Assembly (NCBI GenBank): GCA_030248215.1
Contig: JASANG010002125.1
Span: forward strand, 186,001-250,000
Length of the DNA: 64,000 bases
Source: Enoplolaimus lenunculus
Taxonomy: Eukaryota
Direction: 5' to 3'
This document shows positions 1-11,571 of the stretch, piece after piece. Each line of letters opens with the position of its first letter. Position 1 is the stretch's first letter. The position numbers and the translations under genes were made by a program. The notes below the pieces were generated by a model, which saw only the letters and a program-made list of their open reading frames with translations, searched no databases and was not told where the DNA came from.

Positions 1-296
1 ATCATAATTAATATTTTAAAACACAGACATTTTCTGTCACAAAAAGCTGTGTTTTGAAGAATTTGGTTGTAATTTTTAAGTATTCGGTCGTTTTTGTCGT
101 AAAATACACATTATTCCAATATTGAGGTATGCAGCAGAACAGTGTCGGTTTGGAGTCGCCGCCATAGCTCCAAAGCCAAAACATTGTATTAGGATTTTAA
201 AGCTAAAATTTATCAGGTTACAGTGCTAATTTAAGAAACGCCCAAAACGAAAAGTTTCTGCGTTACAATAGAAAATATTTTAGCAAACTTGGTTGT

Positions 297-458
297 GGCC
301 ATTGTAAAGTACAGGGGCGAAACAGTATTATAAGCATATTCCTACGCGTAAGCCTAAGCCTAAGCCTAAGCCAAGCACAAAAACTAGTCTCAAGCTTACG
401 CTTACTCTTTTTTTAGTTCCATAGAAAAACGTTCCACCTCTGATGTTTACATGGGCCG
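297..458. mobile_element. TTAGGC-containing GG-TIR MITE (Merlin-like)
   Basis: GGCCATTGTAAAGTACAGGGGCG...GATGTTTACATGGGCC with internal (GCCTAA)n. Confidence 0.8.
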
Positions 459-2510
459 TTGTTGTGGACAAACATCTAGTAATGGTCTTAACACTTTAAC
501 TCAGGTTGACAGCTCATCACACACACGCCGTTCAATTGACTCTTGGCTGTTGAATGCCTTGAATTGAAATATTTCAATTTAAACCTCTTGGATCATTCTT
601 TACGCAAATAATTTATTTTTCAAAACCAAACGAATCTCATAATATGCGAGATTAGAATTTATACTGCGTTTTTGAACAGATTAATTGCTGACATAGAGAT
701 ATTAAAAAATCTGGTATTTTGGGTTTTACCTTTCAACTCTCAAACACGAATGTATATTTCTTTATGGGAAATGCAACGGTTTTTGTAAAATTATCAGTTT
801 CCAAACTGAAAAAAATTCTGTTATGAATTTTTGTGCGTAGTCTGGAATGGAAGTGCCCTTTCTGGCGCCTCTCTCGTGTGAATTATGCCTTCTGCATAAT
901 CAGAGGTTTGGAAAGTGGGCTACGTTTTATAAAACATTGGCTAAAAAATTTAGCCTGTTACCAATTAAACAAGTTTCAAAATTACTGACAAACATTTCAA
1001 AGAGTCTACTTGATTCTCGGTCGTTTCCTAGCCCTGCAGCAGTTGAACACAAACGTCAATGTCAAGATTTATCTCAACTTAAATTGAATCAGCTTCGACG
1101 AGGCAGAACAGTGCTGGGTGACAGGATTACAGTAACCACGTAAAATTATCTGTTCTATTTGGCACCTTTGTACACTGCAAAAAATGGTCGAGTCAAATTA
1201 ATTCTCTCCGAAATAGGCTTTTCCGGACTACATAAACTGAGGCAAATTTGACTCCACCAGAGTCAAATTCGACTAACCCAAGTTGCTCAGTGAGCCGAAT
1301 TTGGCTGCGGCGGAGTCAATTGCATGAATCTGTCAAGTTGAAAACGTATCACTAACTGGTTATAAGTTCTATATGCATTTGCGAATATGGGTTCGAAATT
1401 GCATACATATTAATTTGACAAAATAACATACCCTATTAACACAATGCAGAACGCATGATAATTATTCGTTTTAAACTTTCTAACTCTTACAATAGGTTAT
1501 AGTCAAAAATCTAAGCTGCCACACTGAATTACTGTAAATATTCAAAATAATATGCAGATCTAAACGCAGTGATGCCGTGAACGACAACCATCACATGGTT
1601 CGGCAGACTTTTACGTGATTAATAATTAAAATTATAAAACTTCACCGTTTTAGGCCAAATACTGCTCGTAGTGCAAACGTGAGCCTAGTGGCTTGGGCAT
1701 CGCAACAACATATGGACTGTGGTGTACGCGATTTGAATCCAGCGAAAAATAATTTAAATAAAAGCAGTCAGTTGTTAAATTTCTCAAATTTTTTACCGTA
1801 AAACTACATAGCTACACTTGTTTAGAAAATAGTTATGAAATTCAGAATGGTGGAAGCGGACACGTTCTTGCACAAATCTCAAGGCCCCCACGTCTAGAGT
1901 CGTAAACGTGCTGTGGTAAATTTGATACCGTGAGAGTTTTGGGTGCGAAAAAAGTTGTTTCTGGATTTTTTTTATAAATTAGAGGTAAAAACTAAATTTA
2001 TAATCATGTGTACCAAGCACAGCCGTTTTGATAAAGTTAACCACAAACGTATGGTGAGAATTTTACAAACCAGCGTTGCTGATAGGATCATGTTACGTTG
2101 GGATTAAACACTGATTTTTGTGTAGAAATGATTTCCTAACTCTTTAAGATTCAGCTACCTCTGTTTTACCAAGAATGGAAGATGCATGCTTCAACAAGAG
2201 TGCAACTGGGTGCATTCTGTGTACAAAAGAATTGGTGCTGAAAGTTTCAAAGCAGACAACTACTGTTGTGATGCACAGTATAAAACGTCTGTTTTTTCGT
2301 TGATTCAAGTTTAGCTGTGCTTTGTATGCAGTTGACCCCCCCCCCCCCATTAAATAAAGAGAATATGAGCCAAAAACAACGCGCAATGGTACTTTTCATT
2401 TTCATGCCACACGTATTTTAGGAAGTTGCACGCTCTTGTTCTAAGCGTCATCATCGACTCTTGGTTTTACTAAATTAAGCTTCGTCAATAGAACTGTCAA
2501 AAAATCGTGG

Positions 2511-2757
2511 CACACACAAAAAAGAATTTCTGAATTTTTTCAGAAAAGTATTTTCTGTGGCAAATCTGCAGAGTTTTTCTGATATTTAAGACAATTTTTC
2601 TAAAAATAACTAGAAAACGTTTATTTTCAGACTTTATTTCAAAACTTTTTGAAAACTTTTCTGTTATAACAGAAATAATTTTCAAGTGCGCCTTGCTAAT
2701 CATATTTCTTAAATGTAAGAAATTTTTTCTTAAATATCAGAAATATTATTTTGAGTG
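2511..2757. mobile_element. ~245-bp AT-rich CAC..GTG MITE (second family)
   Basis: Close copies at 34114-34360 and 44765-45008. Confidence 0.85.
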
Positions 2758-2852
2758 AACGCATGATAAATCTCCAACAGGGGTTAAAAATAAATTGCCC
2801 CCTCGTTCATGAAACGCTATACAACCAGACTCTGCCTCCCGATTGTAACACA

Positions 2853-3078
2853 TGCCACAGTTACCTATAGGGCCGTAACAGTAGATTAAGCGTATTCTTA
2901 AGCCTAAGCCTAAGCCTAAGCGTTGCAAAAGCGTATCTCTAAGCCTAAGCCTAAGCGTTGCAAAAGCGTATCCCTAAGCCTAAGCCTAAGCCTAAACAAA
3001 AAAGTATAGTCTAGAATGTAAGCCTACTCTTTTACAGACACACCACAAACCGGGATGGCTCTAAAAGTAACATGGACC
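2853..3078. mobile_element. TTAGGC-containing GG-TIR MITE
   Basis: GTTAC...GTAACATGGACC termini, internal GCCTAA repeats. Confidence 0.75.
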
Positions 3079-3413
3079 GTAAACACATATCCGTTGAAAA
3101 TATCACCGGTGAATGAGTCTTATACTTACACGAGCAGATGACCAAAATCTCATTTAACCTTAATATGAGTAAAACGATATGAAACTGCCAAATACTGTTC
3201 TTGACACCTGTTTCGAACACATTAGCATGGACACTAATATTTGCCGTTGCGTTTTTTTCTAAAATAGGCCATACACAAACGGCTGTTTTAGGTTTATTCC
3301 ATTATTGTGGCCAAATTTTCCGCCCGCATCCCGTCGACACCTTCCTTGTCCGATCTACTGAAAATTCCTGAGCGCACTGGCTGACAATTGTGCTGCTCGA
3401 AAAACTTACGTAC

Positions 3414-3831
3414 CAGGCATGATTGCAGAGCCGCGTCTTGCGCCCAAGTGTCGGCCGCCATGCGTCGGGCTGTGATTTGCGTCCAACTGAGCGGCTGTTT
3501 TTGGATCAACCGTCCTTCCGTCGCCGCGAGTGACGTCAATCCTAACATCGCTTGTGTTAATTTCAGACGAGACCCCGGAACTTAAATTTGGACGGCAATG
3601 TGAGCTACCGTCTAGCTGTAGGTTGGATGGTATTGAATTGCCCTGGTAGTAGCCGTGATGGCTACCACAGTGGGGCAGTTCGTTGTGAAACTGGTTAGAG
3701 TTCCGGGGTCCATTACTAGGTTTAGGGCCGTTGTGTTTTTGGCTGGTACGTTTAGATGACGAGGAATGTTTTGCCTGATGCGACCTGGTTGTGCTGCTTG
3801 TGTTTCGCTCTTTGCCTGATTTGTTGCCCAT
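3414..3831 (-). CDS. Probable first coding exon of an unidentified minus-strand gene (disordered N-terminus starting MGNKSGK)
   Basis: 141-aa ORF in a GC-richer island, in-frame stop upstream of the ATG, ends at donor-like CCTG|GTAC|GTAAGT; no recognisable domain. Confidence 0.5.
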
Positions 3832-3878
3832 TAAGTGGTTTGGTTGAGAACAAACGATCCTGGTGCTCTAGTTGCCGC

Positions 3879-3947
<69 letters not shown>

Positions 3948-4071
3948 GTTGTTGTTGTTGTTGTGGTTATTATTATTATTATTATTATTATTATTTTATT
4001 ATTACTATTATTATTATTGTTGTTGTTGTTGTTGTTGTTCTTGTTCTTGTTCTTGTTGTTGTTGTTGTTCT
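3879..4071. repeat. Compound microsatellite (GTT)n-(ATT)n-(GTT)n-(CTTGTT)n
   Basis: Seen directly; explains the poly-C/V/L ORFs. Confidence 0.97.
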
Positions 4072-4458
4072 TGTGTCAAAAAATAATTGATCGACTTTGA
4101 ATTGGTTTAAATGTCTATTCGCTCAGAAAATATTGAAATGTTTTAGGACTGTTTCTTTAACGTCTCATATTATTCGGATTCATGGTTAGCTTATTTATTT
4201 TAATTATTATACGCGATTATGATTGTTATTACAGTTCTCTGAGAAAGTTAAACATTAAAGTACGACCAAATATTCAAGTTACCGATTGAAGATTTAAGCT
4301 ACAAAATACGCGTCAAAGTCATAAAATACTCGAAGTCCATTATTTCATATTGTTCCCAGGGCCGCAAACATAGCTGGTGGAAATACCCACTGACATCCTT
4401 AGCAGTATTGAAACATTGTATGTTTTAAGAAACCTTGTCTTGACCCCTTAGAAAAGTT

Positions 4459-4706
4459 GACCCATGTATAGAACACGGCCAGAACATTTTCCTGCGGGCT
4501 GTAATAGTCAGCTTAAGCTTTAGACTAACTTTTTCGCTTAGTCTTAGGCTTAGGCTTGGGCTTGGGCTTGGCAATAGGCTCATCCTTACGCTTAGGCTTA
4601 GGGTTAAGCTTTGGAATAGGCTCATCCTTACTCTTACGCTTAGGCTTAGGCTTAGCCGTAGGGCTATCTTTATACTACTGTTCCGGCCCTGTTCGATATA
4701 TGGGCC
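4459..4706. mobile_element. TTAGGC-containing GG-TIR MITE, 8-bp TSD GAAAAGTT
   Basis: TIR GACCCATGTATAGAACA / TGTTCGATATATGGGCC; identical 8-bp flanks. Confidence 0.9.
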
Positions 4707-5160
4707 GAAAAGTTTATGCGTTCTCAACGAACAAGTCCGGGTTGTTGAGCACATCGTTAAACTTCAACGGCAATTTGAAATTAACTGAAACTTTGAAATG
4801 ATAGCAAGAACGAATCAACATTTATCATATGAAAATTAGCGAAAATGAATTTTTTATCAAACAAACTTGTTCGCAACGTTGCATCAAAAGTTTTATAGAA
4901 GAGTGAAGTTTGAAATTTTTCTTCTGTATTTAGGTTTCGTCGCTATATATGGCTTCGCACATTCTTATCAGAAATGGTAATATCCGCTGTTTGTTTAAGC
5001 GAATTTTATGGTTTGAGTTTTCCATCGTTTTTGTTTCCAACTGTTCTTTTTCTTGTTGACCTTGTCAGGATATACGACTGTCGTGGATACAGCAACAGCG
5101 TAATTTTGAAACAGTACTCCTTCAGAGACTCTTAAATACGTTTTTGGAACGATTTTGAGC

Positions 5161-5331
5161 CAGGCCTGTAGCCAGTTCACTTCGTTATGGGGAACTAAAA
5201 ACTTGTCAAGAGGGGGCATACAACGGTTTTCAACGACCTATTCAAGCAAAGCTGAAAACTTTTCAAAGGGGTTAAAATTTTTCCAAAGGGGCTGACGCCC
5301 CCCCCCCGCCCCCCTCTTGGTTACGGGCCCG
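5161..5331. mobile_element. ~170-bp hAT-like MITE (CAGGCC.GTAGCC...GGYTACGGGCC.G); also at ~8254, 13905, 17817, 25428, 26055, 28040, 56775, 62287
   Basis: Short TIRs with a near-perfect 8-bp TSD TTTTGAGC/TTTCGAGC. Confidence 0.8.
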
Positions 5332-6343
5332 TTTCGAGCGTAAAAATCGAACACTTAAGCTCAAGTTTTGTTTTATTACTGTGGTCCATTGTTTAATATT
5401 GAACCAAATCCACAAACCTAAACCTAAAATACCGGTCAATTCTGTATCATTAAGATTTCAACCAGTTTCAGCGAAAGACGTAAACGAGAAAAGCCAAATT
5501 TGCATATATTTTCTGTCATTCTTAAACGTAATCCTTGTGAAAGACTATTAAATGAGATGAAAACGATAGTAGTTTAATTAAAAAATGGTAGCTATATTAC
5601 AGCAAAACTACGGACATTCTCAGATTAAACTGGTAGATAGTATCAAGACAAGAGTCCATGATCAATTTTAATAAGAGTCTGCAACTGAATACGTTCTGTG
5701 TAGACAACAATGTACCAAGCGCACGTTTCGTTAAATAAGTAAAACAATTAAGTACCCATTGTAAATGAAATCGACTCTCCACGGCGAGGTGGGGTAAGGC
5801 TATAACGCAAGACGTACTGATGCAGTTTGTACCATGCAAAACTTCGTTAGTAGCATACCTTTGGCCTGGCTCAGGGTCGTCACTGAGTCTTGGTAGTATT
5901 AATACGAAAACAACAACTTAGTGTGTGGAAATAAAACACACTGGAGATCATAGTTTCAACTTATTCAAAAATGAAATTTTGCCAAAGTATTGGGACATGG
6001 CTCCCTTGTCCCTCCATGGCTGCGCCCCTGTTTCAGTTAATTACTTTAATAGTTGAAACCCCGATTTAGGAATGGTTCCCAAAATCAGTGGGAGCAAGTC
6101 TGCTGCTCCGAGTTTTGTATCACCCTTTGTCTAACTTAAAAATGACACAGGAGCAAAACCAAAGTACGAACGCAGCTCAGAAGTTGACCTGTTTAGAGTT
6201 TAGCCAAGCCTGCGAATCAGAGGAATATAAACGGTTCAATCAACCCTCCCTCAAATGGTTTTAACAATTGTTTATGTTGAAATAACGAAATGTTAATTGA
6301 GACAAAAACATGAGACTGAGATTTAGGCGTTCAATCAATCTTG

Positions 6344-6548
6344 GGCCAATGTTACTTTAATGGGCGTAACAGTAGATTAAACCGTATTCATAAGCCTAAG
6401 CCTAACCTGAGTGTTGCAAAAATGAGTTCCTAAGCCTAAGTCTACGCCTAAAACTAAGCCAAACAAAAAATGTAATCTAGAATCTAAACCTACTATTTTA
6501 TAGACCCACCCACCCGAAACCAGGACACCAATTAAAGTAACATTGGCC
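6344..6548. mobile_element. TTAGGC-containing GG-TIR MITE
   Basis: GGCCAATGTTACTTTAA / TTAAAGTAACATTGGCC. Confidence 0.85.
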
Positions 6549-6595
6549 GTATGCTAAATTTTCTATAGCCTTGTCACTGTCACCATATATATTTG

Positions 6596-6871
6596 GCCTA
6601 TCTAGTTTTGAGACATGTAGCAGTAGTATGATCCCTGGCCTAAGCCTAAGTCTAAGCCTACGTATAAGCCTATAACTAAGCGTAGGCCTAATGTAAGCCT
6701 ATAACTAAGCCTAGGCCTAATGTAAACCTATAACTAAGCCTAGGCTTAATGTAAGCCTATAACTAAGCATAGGCCTAATGTAAACCTATAACTAAGTCAA
6801 GGCCTAATGTAAGCCTATAACTAAGCCTAGGCCTAATGTAAGCCATAACTAAGCCTAGCAAAAAAAAAAAG

Positions 6872-6910
<39 letters not shown>

Positions 6911-7114
6911 AAAAACACCACCTAATGTAAGCCTATAACTAAGCCTAGGCCTAATGTAAGCCATAACTAAGCCTAGCCCTAATGTAAGCCTATAACTAAG
7001 CCTAGGCCTAAGGTAAGCCTAAGTTTAAGCAAAAACATTAGTGTAAAGCTTAAGCTTACTTTATTATAGTCCGCGCGGAAAAAAAACGCAACGCCCCTCA
7101 AACTAAACACTGGC
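6596..7114. mobile_element. Expanded TTAGGC-MITE variant with an internal 29-bp tandem repeat and an A-rich tract
   Basis: CCTAATGTAAGCCTATAACTAAGCCTAGG x ~9 around a ~50-bp A run; family-type subterminal sequence. Confidence 0.7.
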
Positions 7115-9764
7115 TTTATTATTCTATAGTACATCTAAATCTCAACATTGCTAAACCAAAGATAGAAAAATATTACCCATTTAACTTCGCTAAAACACCT
7201 TTAGACTCATAATTTTTAACAGACCACATAAAACTTTGCTACTGAATAAAATAAGCACTAAAAATTATAAAGACATTAACGGTATACCAGCAAGAACAAA
7301 GGTCACGCCATAAGGTAATAAAAGCTAAAGGGTTTACAGAAAGACGCCAGATCATAGCAATTCGGCAAGGCGAACACCCAACGGCGAAAGTAAATTATTT
7401 TCTATCAAGTACATAACGGTAATTAGGGTCTATTACTTAGGCGAAATATTATTCAGTAAGTGCACCATTGTGAGTCAATTAATCCATCTCGCTTAACAGT
7501 AATGAACTCTTGGTTGCGGGTAAAAATCAAAATTGTTGTTGTAATTTTAAAAATTATTTTAGACCAGGAGATTGAAACTAAACAATTAATGGTTGCTGTT
7601 GTAGGTATAACAAAATATCGTTAAATGTTGATTACGTTCGTTGTTTTGGATCGTTAAGCAGGCATATTACTCACTTAACAATAGTCTGAATGCAAGGCCT
7701 TAGCAATCAATCCCTTTGGGGGCCCATGCCAACGAGAAGTACCCACCCTAACAAGATGTAAAACAAAAAATAGCCGTTAATATAATACTGTTCAGTCCCT
7801 GTTTTTTACATTGGCCCACAAAATTTGGTATAAACCAAATCTTCTCCAATGAATTGTGATAACTCCATGCTTTCTTATCTTAAGCGTTCTATTTTATAGC
7901 AATCTTCCATATAAAAAACAATCGAGCTAACCGTATTTTAAATAAACACTCAAACCCGTAACTAGTTCAGTATGCCTATGTAAAGCGAAAATATTTTACG
8001 AGAGGCTAAGTATATTAATTGCGCTAACTGACAAGCAAGGTTGAAACTTTTCTATGAATCCAAGCATTTTCTCTCAGGGCTGAGTCTTCCTGGTTTACAT
8101 CTGGCTACAGGCCGATAAACACTAATGTTTTGACTTGTTTTCAACAAAAACAATTTTGACCTATTACCGGAAAAGCTCAAAATACTAGGCTTATGGTAAA
8201 ACTTATTATTTCACCTTGGTGTTTTTTGAGTTCTACTGGTGTGTGTGTCATGTGTCCCGTGTCCGTAGCCAAGAACGGCGAGTGTGGCACCGCCCGCCTG
8301 AAAGAATTCGCACCCCCTCAGAAAAATTTCAACCTTTTTGTGAGTGAACGGAACACCCTTATATACCAGTCTTGAATAATTTTTGCCTTCATAACAAGGT
8401 GAGCTAGCTACAGGCCCGATGTTTCCTCATAAGCACGCTATAAGTATTAATGGAAGATAAAGGCTGTAATAACTACAGCTTAGTTAGAATGCTTGCTAAG
8501 AAAGGTAAAGAACTTCGCTAAAAGACGTTTTGAATGCCTACCAGGATTGTGGAAGCGTAGAATTTGCGCGCCTTCAAGTTTAGCCGTTTTTACCTACATA
8601 CGCTTAAGCCAAAACTAAGATCAATCATAAACCAAAGCCTAAGCCTAAATCTAATCCTAAGCTTCTTCAGTCCCTAAGTCGCCCCCGGGAAGGTTACTAT
8701 TCAATTAAGTTACATATTTCAGCGTACCACCGCGCCATATAAACCCAGAAGGTGTTGCATGATCTTCAAGGTGCGGTTTATGACGTTGATATAAGGTCGT
8801 AAAAACGTAATGAATTAGGTACTTATGGCCAAAATTACAGTCGTTGGCCCTGACTGAACACCAACCACGTAACTCATAGACCAGTACTACACCAGTTTCT
8901 CTGTCAATTATCGTACAACGGTACTTGCTAGCCTAAATTTCAAACCATACAAACTAATTGAATTTATGCAAACTTTGATCGATGTAGTAACCATTCAACT
9001 GGTTGACACTTTATACATTTTATGTTAGGTTACGAACCAGTTTGGCATGCTTTGGAACAGTCCGCAACTTTTTTGTTGGCATATATAGCATATAGTAAAC
9101 AATTGTGTTTCATAACTTTCGCCAGAACGTATCTGTCCTGTCCAAACAATCCACATCCGCCGCTGCCTTTTATATTCACAAAATTTTGGTATAATCCAAA
9201 TAGACTGTGGACAGTGTGCTCGGACCAGTGTCAAAAAAGGTATACTAAACTAATAGGACCTGTAGTGAACCCGGTATTAGAGAATTAAAGTTTCAAAGAC
9301 GTTTTATTTTTCTGCCAATACAATTCAGGCATACATATGTACATTGAACTTTGTTAATTTAAACGAAAACATTGCGGAAGCAGCCAAATATTTACAGAAT
9401 TTGTATGTTTCGTCATTTTATATTTCAAATCGAACAATTGCAGCATATCTGTACTGAAAAATTGTGTGATTAATACGTGATTTCTCACACCTTATTATCA
9501 CAATGATAGCAACAGAATTTGCAGTATTTTTATAACGAAAACGGAAAAGGATGTTGATATTTACGAAAAACGGAAACGGATATTCAGTTATACCATGGTT
9601 CGATCCATTCAAATATTGGTGAAAAATAGCCGTCCACTTGATCTCGCGGTATATCGGCATTGAGGGAGTAACGTAGCAATAAATATATCTTCCGTGCAAG
9701 CCGAAAGGTCTCAATTGATCCTTAACTGGTCCATTATTGCAGAGTACGTTTTCAGAACGACTAT

Positions 9765-10090
9765 AAGAAGGGTTTATAATCATACTGCCGCTAGAGCGTG
9801 GGAACATTTCAAACATCATTAACCCTCCCACCATAGTATCGCTGTAGCGTGAGAAATTTTCGAAAATCATTATCCCTACTACCACAGTATCGCTCTGGCG
9901 TGGGAACTTTTCAAACATCATTAACCTTCCTATCGCTCGTGCATGGGAACTTTCTCAGCATCATTAACCCTGCTACCAATTTATCGCTTGGGCGTGGGAA
10001 CTTTTCGTACATTATTAACCCTCCTACCGAAGTTCGCTCCTGCGTGGGAACTTTTCCAACGTCATTAGCCCTCCTACCACGGTATCGTTC
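9765..10090. repeat. Degenerate ~48-bp minisatellite (GCGTGGGAACTTTTCAAACATCATTAACCCTCCTACCACAGTATCGCT-like), ~6-7 copies
   Basis: GCGTGGGAAC and CATCATTAACCCT recur at about 48-bp spacing. Confidence 0.85.
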
Positions 10091-10522
10091 AGACTTAGGA
10101 ACAAACAACATTCACTCACATCCAATATGCCTTGCTTTTTTGGTTTACTGTCTATTGTGGATCGGAACGTATGAATCCTTAAATATTTTCTTGTTCCGCC
10201 CGTGATTTGGTTTGACATTTCTTTACCATCGTCTCGTGTTCCAAGCCAGAAAAACGAACCTATGAACCTTTCGAATTGATGTTCTAGTGGTCGAAACCGA
10301 AAAAAACTAACGTATTTTTGCAAATCGGAAACGAAGGTTTGACACCTAGAATCCTGATGGTTTTTGTGTTACAAACTGAAAAAGTATCTAAAAATGCCTG
10401 TAGATGAATCCCAGAGGGGTAGGACGCCTAAAACCACCCCTGTCTACGCTGCAGCGCCTGTAATATCCCGGTTCTCATAAAAGTGATTCGGCAAAATCTC
10501 CATGAATTCATGCTTTGAATAA

Positions 10523-10813
10523 AGATTGCGCTATACCTTTGTTGACTTCCGGGGCCGTCCTTCACCCGTCCAGCGCCGTCCTTCACCCGTCCGGCGACGT
10601 CCATCACCGTGTGTCTCCCGTACGGCGCTGTCCGTCGCCGTGCGGCGCTGTTCGTCACCGTGCGGTATCGTACGCAAATAACTCACGTAAGTACGATAAC
10701 CTATGGTAAGAACGGTGACGGTCGGCGCCGTACTCGTGACGGACGGTTACGGATAGGCCGTACGGCTGACGCACGGTGACGGACGGCGCCGGACGTCGAG
10801 TATGGCGCAATCC
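10523..10813. mobile_element. GC-rich palindromic MITE, TAA TSD (PIF/Harbinger-like)
   Basis: TAA|AGATTGCGCTATAC...GTATGGCGCAATCC|TAA; internal GGCGCCGTCC/GGACGGCGCC repeats. Confidence 0.78.
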
Positions 10814-11571
10814 TAACTGTCCAAAGTTTCAGATCGAAGTTTCACGGCTAATACAACTCGTAAGGTCGATTTCATACAAAATTGCGAGCGTCCTGCATTG
10901 ATAACAAAATCAAAATAATACGCAGATAAAGCCAGTTTCGACTAAATATCGCCGTTATTTACTGTATTCGCTTGTCAGGGTGAGAATTATTCAGCAACCG
11001 ATTATGTGTATTAACTTGTGTGCAACTAAAACCAAAACTAACCAAATTTGACTACAGTCAGGCTAATTTGTCGTCGAAAATAAAAAAAAGCACTGCTAGT
11101 TGATTTATATATTTTAGACACACGTACTAAATCAGACTAAAAATTAAGCTTAGACTCTATTATGGTTGTACTGGCTCATTTCGTACTAGTTCGTGTTAGA
11201 CATATTTGTCACAAACCGTAACCTTCAATCGCAGGTACTCGATAATTGCTCTGTACAAAATATACCATGAACCAGATGGGTGCTAAAGGGGTTTAGCCCC
11301 TGTTTTTAAAATTTTACAAACTCAGCAAACTTTTAGTCGCGCTTGTGTATAGTTAGTCTTGCGAATGCAACAACGTGTGCCCCTCCTGAAGTAGTTTTGG
11401 CCTCCCTAGCACGGTGAACTGGACACAGGTCTGTGTTAAAATGACACCAGGGTCATTTAGTTTAGGTATCATAATATTAGAGAGGCAGATATGGAATTAT
11501 TTAAAAGTGACGTATGGCGGAGCCAAAACAGATTTGATGAGGTGTAGTGGATTCTGCAGTAATTACAGCTG

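Noticed and set aside
3756..4100. Poly-Cys/Val/Leu ORFs
   Set aside because: Translations of the trinucleotide microsatellite
4425..4801. LRLRL/LSLSL/LGLGL ORFs here and at 14578, 43777 and 61533
   Set aside because: Translations of TTAGGC hexamers inside MITEs
9418..10205. 167-aa and 118-aa ORFs with repeated motifs
   Set aside because: Explained by the ~48-bp minisatellite
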